Assembly: GCA_023398375.1 (NCBI GenBank)
Contig: JAEWSH010000133.1
Coordinates: 244,260-308,259 of the forward strand
DNA: 64,000 nucleotides
Direction of reading: 5' to 3'
Source: Bacillota bacterium
GTDB lineage: Bacteria > Bacillota > Clostridia > Lachnospirales > Lachnospiraceae
This document shows positions 35,075 to 44,928 of the stretch, piece by piece. Made by a program: the position numbers and the translations under genes. The first letter of the stretch is position 1; each line of letters begins with the position of its first letter. Below the pieces are notes generated by a model, which searched no databases, was not told the DNA's origin, and saw only the letters and a program-made list of their open reading frames with translations.

Positions 35075-36196
35075 ATGGGAGCAAACATGTCGAAAATAGT
35101 GTTTCATTTAAATTGTCTGGAACAAGGCGGTGCTGAGAGAGTGGTTACGAATCTGTCCGCACAATTCGCGCATGAAGGCTATGAAGTGATTGTAGCAACA
35201 GAATGGGAAGCAGAGAATGAATTTGAATTAGATGCAAAGGTAAGAAGAATTCATGTCGGGCTTACGGAATCAGACGAGAAACGTTCCAGAATAGGAAGGT
35301 ATTTCGCCAGAATCAGGAATCTGAAAGAGATGTTGCTTCAGGAGAAGCCTGCTCTTTTAATTGCTTTTGCACACAAGGCAAATTACAGGGCTCTTATGGC
35401 AACCTTGCGGGTGGACATCCCGGTACTGATATCGGTACGGACAGACCCTGTAGGACATTACGATTCTTTGTCAGACAAGTTCCTGATTCCTTGGTTATAT
35501 CCTAAGATTGCCGGCTGTGTATTTCAGACAGAAGGACAGAGAGACTTTTTTGCAAAAAATATTCAGGAGAAATCCAGAATCATTCTGAATCCGATTCATC
35601 ATAAATATATAGGAAGAACACCGGTTGCGCAGAGATCTAAAGTGATCGCACATGTAGGCCGTTTAGTAGATTTTAAAAATCAGCCGATGCTGATTCGTGC
35701 ATTTGCCAAAGTGCATCAGCGATTCCCGGAGTATACGCTGGAGATTTATGGTGGTGACTCTTTCGATGGCACAAAAGAGATACTGGAACGCTGTATCGAG
35801 GAATGTCACGTTGAGGATTCTGTAACGCTCATGGGAGCAAGTGATGATATTGCAAGTGCAATTGAGAATGCAGCATTTTTTGCATTCACTTCTGATTGGG
35901 AGGGGTTACCGAATGCTTTAATGGAGGCGATGGTCTTGGGACTTCCGGTCATTGCAACAGATTGTCCTTGCGGAGGACCAAGAACGATTGTCCGGAATGG
36001 AGAAAATGGAATTCTGATACCGATTAAAGACCAGATTGCACTGGAAGAGGCAATGTGCCAATATATAGATGATCCGGGATATGCAGAGAAACAAGGAACA
36101 GAGGCCCGAAAATTAGGGGAAACAGCGAATGCGCATGCAATATTCCAGCAGTGGAAAGAATATATTGAATATTTATGTGGTACACATAAAGAATGA
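35075..36196 (+). CDS. GT4 glycosyltransferase (PglJ/PglH-like), paralogue of 38948-40042
   Basis: CLEQGGAERVVTNLS, TSDWEGLPNALMEAMVLGLPVIATDCPCGGPRTIV. Confidence 0.85.
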   Translation: MGANMSKIVFHLNCLEQGGAERVVTNLSAQFAHEGYEVIVATEWEAENEFELDAKVRRIHVGLTESDEKRSRIGRYFARIRNLKEMLLQEKPALLIAFAHKANYRALMATLRVDIPVLISVRTDPVGHYDSLSDKFLIPWLYPKIAGCVFQTEGQRDFFAKNIQEKSRIILNPIHHKYIGRTPVAQRSKVIAHVGRLVDFKNQPMLIRAFAKVHQRFPEYTLEIYGGDSFDGTKEILERCIEECHVEDSVTLMGASDDIASAIENAAFFAFTSDWEGLPNALMEAMVLGLPVIATDCPCGGPRTIVRNGENGILIPIKDQIALEEAMCQYIDDPGYAEKQGTEARKLGETANAHAIFQQWKEYIEYLCGTHKE

Positions 36197-36242
36197 AATA
36201 ATAGAATGAAACTAAGAGTGACGACTGGAAGAGGAAAAAAAT

Positions 36243-36983
36243 ATGTTTTCGTACAAAGAATACCAAGATATGATAGCAATTATTAAAGAAAGCGGAAAAG
36301 CGGCAAATTTTCACGAAGCAAAGGACAGAGACAAATTTATTATTGTCAGGCATGATGTGGAATTCAGCGTAGACCGGGCTTATGCTTTATCAAAAGTAGA
36401 AAAAGAGATGGATTTTACTTCTACGTACTTTTTCCAATGGACAAATAACTCATATAATATCTTATCTAAGAGAAATAAAGAGATCATCTCCCAAATGCAT
36501 GAAGACGGACATGTAATCGGTCTTCATTTTGCCCTGAACGGACTGACAGATATTGAATTAATAAAGAGACAGATCGACCGGGAGATCAGGGCATGGAATA
36601 CGATGCTGGAATTTGATGTAGATACATTTTCCGTGCACCGCCCGCCGAATCATGTGTTGGCGGCGAATATAAAGATTGAGGGTATCATCAATGCATACGA
36701 GCATGAATTCTTTACGTATACGGAACAGGTTACGGATGATATAAAATTAGAAGTAAAATATTTATCGGATGCACAGCACAGATGGAATTACGGAGTACCG
36801 GACAGACAGACTCTGCTTGGCTATGATAAAGTACAGATATTGACGCACCCATATTCATGGACGGAAGAAGGGTATGATAACCTGCATAATTTCAGGACCC
36901 TGCTCGCAGAAAGAAATCAGGAATTAATAGAGACGATCAATGGTGAATGTAAGCATTTTGCAGCCATTAAGGACCTTTTGTAA
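36243..36983 (+). CDS. Hypothetical protein, possibly of the polysaccharide deacetylase/deformylase (CE4/ArnD-like) superfamily
   Basis: IIVRHDVEFS, HVIGLHFAL and FSVHRPP resemble the Asp and His metal-site motifs. This is weak, by-eye only. Confidence 0.35.
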   Translation: MFSYKEYQDMIAIIKESGKAANFHEAKDRDKFIIVRHDVEFSVDRAYALSKVEKEMDFTSTYFFQWTNNSYNILSKRNKEIISQMHEDGHVIGLHFALNGLTDIELIKRQIDREIRAWNTMLEFDVDTFSVHRPPNHVLAANIKIEGIINAYEHEFFTYTEQVTDDIKLEVKYLSDAQHRWNYGVPDRQTLLGYDKVQILTHPYSWTEEGYDNLHNFRTLLAERNQELIETINGECKHFAAIKDLL

Positions 36984-37049
36984 GATTCCCGGGTGTAGTG
37001 AAAAGTGGAGATACAGATTGTTTGATACTATGACGAAAGGAAGAAATCT

Positions 37050-38930
37050 ATGTGCGGAATATGCGGATTTTTATCTAAAAAAAGTATTACAACAGAACAG
37101 TTAAAGAAAATGAATGATACCATGTATCACCGCGGACCGAACGACAGCGGGGAAGAGATTACTTCTTTACGGGATGGTTACAGCCTTGGACTGGCACAGA
37201 GGCGCCTGTCTATTCTGGATCTGTCGGTATTGGGGCATCAGCCGATGCATTCAGACAATGGCAGGATCAGTGTCGTATTCAATGGTGAGATTTATAATTT
37301 CCTGGAATTAAAGGAAGAACTGAGAGGTTATCCATTTCGATCGGACTGTGATACAGAAGTAATCATTGCAGCTTATCTGAGATGGGGAATCGATTGTATT
37401 CATAGATTCAAGGGAATGTTTGCGATTGCCTTATTTGACAGGGAAACAGACGAGTTATTTCTGGTAAGAGACAGAATCGGAAAAAAACCATTCTACTATT
37501 GGCTGGAAGAGGGAAATCTGGTGTTTGCTTCTGAGTTAAAACCGATCATGGCAGTACCTGGTTTTCAGTACACGATTCGCAAAGATGTGATCAAACAATA
37601 TATGTTCCAGCAATATATCAATGCACCTGCGACTATTTTTGAGAATGTCTTCAAGTTGGAACCTGGGGCTATCCTGCGTTTTCGTTATGGAGATATCAAG
37701 ATATGGAAATACTGGGATATCTCAAAAGTGTATCAGGAGCAGAAGGTACGCCCTGTAACTTCTTATGAAGAAGCAAAAGCGACTTTGAAGGACTTATTAA
37801 GGGAATCAGTGAAACAGAGAATGATTGCGGATGTACCGCTGGGGACTTTCTTGAGTGGCGGTTATGATTCGTCACTTGTTTCTGCGATCGCACAGGAATT
37901 GTCGCAAGAACCGATCAAGACTTTCTGTATCGGATTCCAGGAAGAGAAGTTCAATGAAGCAAAGTATGCCAAGGAAGTAGCAGCGCACCTTGGAACCAAT
38001 CATACGGAAACATATATTGATGAAAAAGAAATGTTCGAGCTCGTAGAGAGCATTCCGACTTATTTCGATGAACCATTTGCAGACAGTTCCCAGATACCGA
38101 CCATGCTGGTATCGAAACTGGCAAGACAGCAGGTCACGGTCGCTCTGTCAGGGGATGGCGGGGACGAGTTCTTCTGTGGCTATAATATCTATGATTCTGT
38201 CGGATTGGCACAGAAGCTTGATGGTCTGGGCGGTATCGTGAACGGTATCTGTAATGTGCCGCCTTTTAAGCAGATGGAACTATTATCAAAGCTGCCCTTC
38301 CGCGTTCGTGTGGTCGCCATTAACCGTAACCCGGAGACAAAGACACAGATCGGCGGAGAGAACTATATCCGTGCGATCGATAAGATGCTTGTGACGGATA
38401 GTCTGTCCAGCAAGTTCGAGATAGAAAGGCGTTATCAGGAAAAGAACTGGCAGGAGCGGAGAATGCTGCTGGATATGGATACGTATCTTCCGGGAGATAT
38501 TTTATGTAAGGTCGACAGAGCTTCTATGAAGTATTCGCTGGAATCCAGGTGTCCGATTCTGGATACGGATGTTATGGAATATTCGTATCGCCTGCCACAT
38601 GAATTTAAGTTCCGAAACGGAGATAAGAAGCATATCCTAAAGGATATTGCGTATGACTATATACCAAAAGAATTATTAGACAGACCGAAGGTCGGATTTG
38701 GGGTGCCGCTTGATAAATGGATGCGTGGCCCATTGAAAGAGCAGCTGTTGGAGATGAGCGATCTATCTTTCCTAAAAGAGCAGAATATCTTTGATAGTAC
38801 TTATGTAAATCAATTTATGACACGTTATCTGGAAGTGGGAGACAGAGGACCCGCAACAGGCGAGAACTTTTCTAAGACTGCATGGTCATTCTTTGCATTC
38901 CAGCAGTGGTACCGTGCGTATTGCAAATAG
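37050..38930 (+). CDS. asnB: Asparagine synthase (glutamine-hydrolysing) family amidotransferase, copy 1 (WbpS-like context)
   Basis: MCGICGF has the Ntn nucleophile Cys2. Also FNGEIYNF, and FLSGGYDSS and SGDGGDEFFCGY, which are PP-loop / synthetase-domain motifs. Confidence 0.9.
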   Translation: MCGICGFLSKKSITTEQLKKMNDTMYHRGPNDSGEEITSLRDGYSLGLAQRRLSILDLSVLGHQPMHSDNGRISVVFNGEIYNFLELKEELRGYPFRSDCDTEVIIAAYLRWGIDCIHRFKGMFAIALFDRETDELFLVRDRIGKKPFYYWLEEGNLVFASELKPIMAVPGFQYTIRKDVIKQYMFQQYINAPATIFENVFKLEPGAILRFRYGDIKIWKYWDISKVYQEQKVRPVTSYEEAKATLKDLLRESVKQRMIADVPLGTFLSGGYDSSLVSAIAQELSQEPIKTFCIGFQEEKFNEAKYAKEVAAHLGTNHTETYIDEKEMFELVESIPTYFDEPFADSSQIPTMLVSKLARQQVTVALSGDGGDEFFCGYNIYDSVGLAQKLDGLGGIVNGICNVPPFKQMELLSKLPFRVRVVAINRNPETKTQIGGENYIRAIDKMLVTDSLSSKFEIERRYQEKNWQERRMLLDMDTYLPGDILCKVDRASMKYSLESRCPILDTDVMEYSYRLPHEFKFRNGDKKHILKDIAYDYIPKELLDRPKVGFGVPLDKWMRGPLKEQLLEMSDLSFLKEQNIFDSTYVNQFMTRYLEVGDRGPATGENFSKTAWSFFAFQQWYRAYCK

Positions 38931-38947
38931 AAAAAGTCGGGAGAAGT

Positions 38948-40042
38948 GTGAGTTTGAAAAAAGTAGCATTTTATATCAATAGTCTGGATAAAGGCGGTGC
39001 GCAGCGGGTCATAGTGAATTTATCGGAATTTTTATATCAGAATGGTACGGAAGTTGTTCTGGTTACGACCAGAAAAGCGGACGAGGAATACCTTGTGAGC
39101 GAGGGCATCCGGAGAATTTACTCCGACATTACGGCTTCGGAAGTGACAAAAAGCAGAATTCGTAATTTCCGGAACCGCTTTTGCAAGTTAAGGAATATCT
39201 GGAAACAGGAAAAACCGGATATTATCGTGTCGTTTATCGGAAAGAATAATTTCATGGCAATAGCGACTGCTGCTTTTCTAAGAGCGTCTGTTGCGGTATC
39301 TGTCAGAGGAGAACCGACAGAGGAATATTATAATCCGTTGATGCGTTTTATTGCAAGGCATTTATTTGCTTGTGCACGCGGAATTATTTTCCAGACTGAA
39401 GATGCAAAAGCATTTTTTCCAAAGTACGTTCAGAAACGTTCCGTTATCTTACCAAATCCGTTAGATATCTCATGCATCAGACCACGTTTTACAGGAAAAA
39501 GAGAAAATACGATTGTATCTGTCGGACGTGTGGATGATAATAAGAATCATAGAATGTTAATTGACGCTTTTGCGGCAATTCATACGGATTTTCCGGAAAT
39601 GGGGTTAGTCATATACGGAAATGGAGATATGCGTAACGAATTAATAAAATATATAAAAAAAATAGATATGGAGGATTATATCTCCATGCCTGGAAATGTA
39701 AGCCGGATACCGGATCATATTGAACGGGCAAGAATCTTTGTACTGACTTCAGATACCGAAGGTATGCCCAATGCCTTGCTGGAAGCAATGGCACTTGGTC
39801 TGGCAGTGATATCTACGGATTGTCCTTGCGGAGGTCCCAGAACGGTGATTCAGGATGGGGTCAATGGTCTGCTGGTACCTGTCAGAGATACGCAGGCACT
39901 TGCAAAAGCTTTAAGGAGATTCCTAAGTGCCCCTGATCTGGAGCAGAAGCTTGGAGAACAGGCGGCTAAGATTCAGGAACAGCTTTCTCCGGATCAGGTA
40001 AACCGTAAGTGGCAGTATTATCTGGAGCGTTTATCTAAATAG
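38948..40042 (+). CDS. GT4 glycosyltransferase (PglJ/PglH-like), paralogue of 35075-36196
   Basis: SLDKGGAQRVIVNLS, TSDTEGMPNALLEAMALGLAVISTDCPCGGPRTVI. I preferred the GTG 38948 start to the 38882 extension, which overlaps asnB. Confidence 0.85.
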   Translation: MSLKKVAFYINSLDKGGAQRVIVNLSEFLYQNGTEVVLVTTRKADEEYLVSEGIRRIYSDITASEVTKSRIRNFRNRFCKLRNIWKQEKPDIIVSFIGKNNFMAIATAAFLRASVAVSVRGEPTEEYYNPLMRFIARHLFACARGIIFQTEDAKAFFPKYVQKRSVILPNPLDISCIRPRFTGKRENTIVSVGRVDDNKNHRMLIDAFAAIHTDFPEMGLVIYGNGDMRNELIKYIKKIDMEDYISMPGNVSRIPDHIERARIFVLTSDTEGMPNALLEAMALGLAVISTDCPCGGPRTVIQDGVNGLLVPVRDTQALAKALRRFLSAPDLEQKLGEQAAKIQEQLSPDQVNRKWQYYLERLSK

Positions 40043-40059
40043 AGTAGTGGGGTGAGAAG

Positions 40060-41856
40060 ATGTTAAGAGAATTGGAATATCCGTTTGATCATGAATATAT
40101 TCTGAAAAAAGCAAAAAGCTTAAAGAAGACGTTACTAAATGAAGATACGAGACGGATCAAAAAGAAAATAGCCGTACTGGGTGGCAGCACGACGCACGAT
40201 ATCATCAGAATTCTGGAACTGTTCCTCTTAAATTACGGAATTGAACCGACTTTTTTTGAATCAGAGTATGCGCAGTACTGGCAGGATGTAATGTTCAATA
40301 GTGAATTAAAAGAATTTGCACCGGATATCATCTTTATTCATACCAGCAACCGCAATATCAAAGAGTATCCGAATGTGACGCAGGATGCGCAGGAAATAGA
40401 GCTCTTATTACAACAGACATATGAACATTTTGCAGTGATGTGGAAGAAAATAGAAACAGAATATCATTGTCCTGTGATTCAGAATAATATGGAATATCCA
40501 TTTTACCGTTTACTTGGGAATAAAGATGCAAGTGATATGCATGGAAGAATTCATTTTATCAATCAGTTGAATGATAAATTTTATGCGTACGCGTCTTCCC
40601 ATAATAACTTTTATATCAATGATATTAATTACTTGTCAGCTTGTTTCGGCTTGGATAAATGGGCAGATCCGTTATTCTGGCATATGTATAAGTATTCGTT
40701 ATGCCTGCCGGCAATTCCGTCATTATCTTTTAATGTGGCTAATATTATGAAGGCTATCTATGGTAAAAATAAAAAATCGCTCGTGTTAGATATGGACAAT
40801 ACGCTTTGGGGCGGTATTGTTGGTGATGATGGAGTGGAGAATCTGGAGATTGGTCAGGAGACTTCCATGGGGCAGGTTTTTTCAGAATTCCAACAGTATG
40901 TAAAAGACCATAAAGGAATTGGTATCATGCTGAATGTTAGTTCCAAAAATGAACATGAAAATGCGATTGCCGGGTTGGAACATCCGGATGGCGTCTTACG
41001 TCCCGATGATTTTATACTGATCAAGGCAAATTGGGAACCAAAAAGCATGAATATACAGAATATCGCGAAAGAATTAAATATTCTTCCGGAAAGTCTTGTA
41101 TTCGTAGATGATAATCCGGCAGAGCGTGAGATTGTGAGGCAGCAGGTTCCGGGAGTGGCAATTCCGGAGATCGGCAGTCCTGAGCAATACATCAGAATAC
41201 TTGATCACTCAGGATTCTTTGAAGTGACAAGCCTGTCAGAAGATGACCGGAAAAGAAATGAGATGTACAAAGCAAATGTACAAAGACAACAGCAGGAGCA
41301 AAGCTTTGGGGATTATGGAGACTATCTGAAATCATTGGAGATGACAGGAACCATAAAAACATTTGAACCATTGTATATGGCAAGAATTGCACAGCTTACC
41401 AATAAGAGTAACCAGTTCAACCTGACTACGAAGCGTTATACGCAAAGCGAGATTGAAGAAGAAGCAGCCAATCCGGATAGGATCACTTTGTATGGTAAAT
41501 TAGAAGACAGATTCGGTGATAATGGCGTGGTATCCATAGTAATCGGCAGGATCGAGGGAGCAATCCTTCATATCGATCTGTGGCTCATGAGCTGCCGTGT
41601 ATTAAAGCGGGATATGGAATTTGCCATGATGGATGAGCTTGTTGCGCAGTGCATGAAAAAAAATATTACACAGATAAAAGGCTATTACTATCCGACTGCA
41701 AAGAATGCAATGGTGCGTGAATTCTATGCCCTGCAGGGATTCACCAAAGAAAAAGAAGATGAAATCGGCAATACGGTGTGGTATTATAACATAGACAAGA
41801 ATTATGAAAATAAAAATCAGGTAATCAGGGTAAATGAAGGAACAGTACAGCCGTGA
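40060..41856 (+). CDS. FkbH-like protein (HAD-IIIC phosphatase domain + C-terminal acyl-transfer domain)
   Basis: LVLDMDNTLWGG (DxDxT), MLNVSSKNE, VFVDDNPAEREIV, and C-terminal DLWLMSCRVLKRDME, the FkbH Cys region. Confidence 0.85.
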   Translation: MLRELEYPFDHEYILKKAKSLKKTLLNEDTRRIKKKIAVLGGSTTHDIIRILELFLLNYGIEPTFFESEYAQYWQDVMFNSELKEFAPDIIFIHTSNRNIKEYPNVTQDAQEIELLLQQTYEHFAVMWKKIETEYHCPVIQNNMEYPFYRLLGNKDASDMHGRIHFINQLNDKFYAYASSHNNFYINDINYLSACFGLDKWADPLFWHMYKYSLCLPAIPSLSFNVANIMKAIYGKNKKSLVLDMDNTLWGGIVGDDGVENLEIGQETSMGQVFSEFQQYVKDHKGIGIMLNVSSKNEHENAIAGLEHPDGVLRPDDFILIKANWEPKSMNIQNIAKELNILPESLVFVDDNPAEREIVRQQVPGVAIPEIGSPEQYIRILDHSGFFEVTSLSEDDRKRNEMYKANVQRQQQEQSFGDYGDYLKSLEMTGTIKTFEPLYMARIAQLTNKSNQFNLTTKRYTQSEIEEEAANPDRITLYGKLEDRFGDNGVVSIVIGRIEGAILHIDLWLMSCRVLKRDMEFAMMDELVAQCMKKNITQIKGYYYPTAKNAMVREFYALQGFTKEKEDEIGNTVWYYNIDKNYENKNQVIRVNEGTVQP

Positions 41857-41901
41857 GCTGCAGGTTGAAAAGTAACAAAGGAATAGATTAGGAGCAGACG
41901 T

Positions 41902-42144
41902 ATGAGCAGAGAAGAATTATTTGAAAAATTAAATGAAGTATTCAGAGATGTTTTTGATGATGAGGAGATTACAGTAACAGATGCAACCACAGCAGATGAC
42001 ATTGAAGACTGGGATTCTTTGGAGCACATCAATCTGATGTCGGCAGTAGAGCAGGAATTTGGCATTAAATTTTCTATGGGGCAGATCGTCACAATGAAAA
42101 ATGTAGGTGAGATGGCCAATATTATTTTGGAGAAATTAGGATAG
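41902..42144 (+). CDS. Acyl/peptidyl carrier protein
   Basis: 80 aa, acidic. IEDWDSLEHINLM carries the phosphopantetheine Ser in a DSL motif. Confidence 0.85.
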   Translation: MSREELFEKLNEVFRDVFDDEEITVTDATTADDIEDWDSLEHINLMSAVEQEFGIKFSMGQIVTMKNVGEMANIILEKLG

Positions 42145-42242
42145 TGAGAGCACAGGTGCGTAACAATGCGTAGGTATCAGGGGACAAAATACCTTTTGAC
42201 CCCGACATCAAAGTATGCAATTATGAAGCAGAGGTTATTAAA

Positions 42243-43706
42243 ATGAACATTACATCTTTTTCCTTTCTGTGTTTTTTTACGGTATTATTGATGGTATATT
42301 ACATCGTACCTAAAAAAGCACAATGGGGAGTGTTATTACTTGCAAGCATTATGTTCTTTGCAGCATCGGGAGAACCTTGGTTAATCGGTTATCCGATTGC
42401 TACGGTCATAGTCATATATGGGGGCGCATTGTATATTCATAAAGTGAAAGAGCAGAAAAAGAGACAAATCGCACTCTCACTTGTTGTTGTATTATGCGTT
42501 TCTTTGTTATGTATACTAAAATACTTTCACTTGGGGTTACTGGCACCACTGGGAATCTCGTTTTATACATTGACATTATTGGGATATGTCATTGACGTAT
42601 ATTATGAAATCGGAGAACCGGAAACGAATATTCTAAAACTGGCATTGTTCGGATATTACTTTCCGACAATGATATCAGGACCTATTATCCGCTACCGGGA
42701 TATGAGAGAGCAGCTATATGCAGGTCATCAGCTTGTGTATAAAAATGTGACATACGGAATGCAGCGGATCGTATGGGGCTTTTTTAAGAAGCTGGTGATA
42801 GCTGAACGAATGGGACTTATCGCAGATACGGTATTTAACAATTATGAAATCCATTCGGGATTTACGGTCATCATTGCGGGCATTTGTTTTACATTCCAGT
42901 TATATACGGATTTTTCGGGATACATGGATATCGTTCTGGGTGTTTCTGAGACTTTCGGCATTATACTTCCTGAGAATTTTGAAACACCGTTCTTTTCACG
43001 CAGTATTGCGGAATACTGGAGACGCTGGCATATTACATTAGGAACATGGCTTAGAGAATATTTATTTTATCCATTGCTTAGAACAAAGTTTTTCAGCTCA
43101 TTACCAAAGCGGTTAAAAGATAAATGCGGTAAGAAAACAGCAAAGAAGATGACCACCTATCTGGCAATGCTGATCTTATGGTTTACGATCGGATTCTGGC
43201 ATGGAGGAGTATGGAAATACATTATTGGATCTGGGCTGTTGCACTGGTTCTATATAGTATCAGGAGAAGTATTGGAACCTGTCTGGAAGAAGCTGAAAGG
43301 CTGGTTCCATGTGAAAGATGACAGCAAAGGCTTTATTTTTTTCCAGCGTGTAAGAACTTTTACATTAGTTACAATTGGTCTGATATTCTTCCGTGCGGAT
43401 AATGCAATGGTGGCATGTAGGATGCTGGCAAGTATTTTCCGTTCCTGGAATCCGGAAATATTCTGGAATGGATCTCTTTTCGAACTGGGACTTGATTGGA
43501 TTGAATTTACGATTGCAATGGTTTCCCTTGTAATGTTACTTATGGTATCTATTCTGCAACAGACTGAAAGTATCAGGGACAGGATCGCAAGACAGAAACT
43601 GGTGGTACGCTGGGTGATTCTCTATGCACTTATTTTTTATGTGATACTTCTGGGAAATTACGGACCTGGATATAGTGCGGCAGAATTTATCTATCAGGGA
43701 TTTTAG
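42243..43706 (+). CDS. MBOAT-family membrane O-acyltransferase (DltB/AlgI/PatA-like)
   Basis: 487 aa, polytopic. EYWRRWHITLGTWLREYLFYPL and IGFWHGG contain the conserved MBOAT His residues. Confidence 0.9.
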   Translation: MNITSFSFLCFFTVLLMVYYIVPKKAQWGVLLLASIMFFAASGEPWLIGYPIATVIVIYGGALYIHKVKEQKKRQIALSLVVVLCVSLLCILKYFHLGLLAPLGISFYTLTLLGYVIDVYYEIGEPETNILKLALFGYYFPTMISGPIIRYRDMREQLYAGHQLVYKNVTYGMQRIVWGFFKKLVIAERMGLIADTVFNNYEIHSGFTVIIAGICFTFQLYTDFSGYMDIVLGVSETFGIILPENFETPFFSRSIAEYWRRWHITLGTWLREYLFYPLLRTKFFSSLPKRLKDKCGKKTAKKMTTYLAMLILWFTIGFWHGGVWKYIIGSGLLHWFYIVSGEVLEPVWKKLKGWFHVKDDSKGFIFFQRVRTFTLVTIGLIFFRADNAMVACRMLASIFRSWNPEIFWNGSLFELGLDWIEFTIAMVSLVMLLMVSILQQTESIRDRIARQKLVVRWVILYALIFYVILLGNYGPGYSAAEFIYQGF

Positions 43707-43739
43707 TGTGAGAAGAAGCGCGTGGGATTAGGAGTTATT

Positions 43740-44819
43740 ATGAATAGAAAACAGATCATAAAAACAATTGTATTCATAGGTGTATTTTTACTCATCCTGC
43801 AGACGGTCACGTATGTGATTCGTACCAATGGCGGTGTAAAGGATCGTTTTACAGGTTTCTATGCGGAAAAAAGTGATACCCTGGATGTAGTCATGATTGG
43901 TTCCAGTCCAGTATATCCTTGTTTTGCAGGGGCTAAGATGTGGGGAGAATATGGTTTTACTGCATTTCCCTTAGCTTCCAACATGCAGAGACCTATGGCA
44001 ACGTTGTCACTTGTGAAAGAAGTAAGAAAAACACAGAATCCTGAGGTGTTTGTATTTGAGATGAAACAGTATACTGCTTCTGAGGAAGATATGTCAGATA
44101 ACATGGCCTATACAAGAGGCGTTACGGATAATATGAAATATTCCTGGAACCGCATCGATGCAATTAACCGCATGGTACCGGAAGTGGGAGAACGATATAC
44201 CTATTATTTTGATATTTTTAAGTATCATTCCAATTGGAAGACAATGGTTCTGCCAAGTCAATTGGTATGTTTCGACTATGAAAAATCAGAACCGTTAAAA
44301 GGATTTGAATTCAAGGACAGCTACTATCCAATGAAACAGGTGGATTATTCCGATATTACAGATACGGCTGCAATAGAACCGATCTATGAAGCTGCGTTAC
44401 GGGAACTGCTTGCATATCTTCAGGAAAACCATCTTCAGGCATTGTTTACCGTAGCACCGTATTCCTATGAATTTGCGGACAAGCAAAGAAATTATAATTA
44501 TATGGAAGAAATCATACGATCTTACGGATACGATTTTTTGAATCTGACGGAGCATACGGAAGAGATGGACTTTGATTTCGCAACGGATTTTTATGATAAG
44601 GGAGTGCATACAAATCCACTTGGTGCCGAAAAAGCGACAGAATTTCTTGCAAAATATCTGAAGGATCATTATCAGATTCCCGATAAAAGGGGGAACAAGG
44701 ATTATAAAAGCTGGGATGAGGCATATTCCAGATGGACGGCGCAAATGAAGGAATCCAGGGCTGTTACACTGGAAAAAATTAAAAATCAGGAATATACGGA
44801 GCCGGAAGTGGAAGATTAA
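43740..44819 (+). CDS. Membrane-anchored SGNH/DltD-like extracytoplasmic acyltransferase/esterase
   Basis: One N-terminal TM segment. VVMIGSSPVY is a block-I Ser and FYDKGVHTNPLGAEK is a block-V DxxH. I preferred ATG 43740 (SD GGATTAGGAG) to GTG 43722. Confidence 0.6.
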   Translation: MNRKQIIKTIVFIGVFLLILQTVTYVIRTNGGVKDRFTGFYAEKSDTLDVVMIGSSPVYPCFAGAKMWGEYGFTAFPLASNMQRPMATLSLVKEVRKTQNPEVFVFEMKQYTASEEDMSDNMAYTRGVTDNMKYSWNRIDAINRMVPEVGERYTYYFDIFKYHSNWKTMVLPSQLVCFDYEKSEPLKGFEFKDSYYPMKQVDYSDITDTAAIEPIYEAALRELLAYLQENHLQALFTVAPYSYEFADKQRNYNYMEEIIRSYGYDFLNLTEHTEEMDFDFATDFYDKGVHTNPLGAEKATEFLAKYLKDHYQIPDKRGNKDYKSWDEAYSRWTAQMKESRAVTLEKIKNQEYTEPEVED

Positions 44820-44821
44820 AA

Positions 44822-44908
44822 TGTGAGAAGAAATTCTAAGTAACAAAAATACTGTTACTATGAATTACTAAATCTCACACCGGAAGAAGCCGCAAGCGTC
44901 TTCTTCGT
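44822..44908 (+). repeat. Family-A repeat, copy 3 (stem-loops 1 and 2 only)
   Basis: GTGAGAAGAAATTCTAAGTAACA-AAAATAC-TGTTACTATGAATTACTAAATCTCAC, then GGAAGAAGCCGCAAGCGTCTTCTTC followed by GTTTAATTTT. Confidence 0.8.
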
Positions 44909-44928
44909 TTAATTTTGGAGGATAAGTC

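Noticed and set aside
35806-36353. Minus-strand ORFs 35806..36279 (157 aa) and 36024..36353 (109 aa)
   Set aside because: They overlap the 3' end of a strong GT4 CDS and the next gene start. They have no SD or motifs. These are shadow ORFs.
42183-42208. Hairpin GGGGACAAAA-tacc-TTTTGACCCC between the ACP and MBOAT genes as a terminator
   Set aside because: The stem has a central mismatch and is not followed by a T-tract. It lies inside an obviously co-functional cassette. It is probably just an mRNA structure.
44397-44846. 149-aa minus-strand ORF over the SGNH-like gene
   Set aside because: It is antisense to a gene that completes a conserved four-gene cassette. It has no SD.
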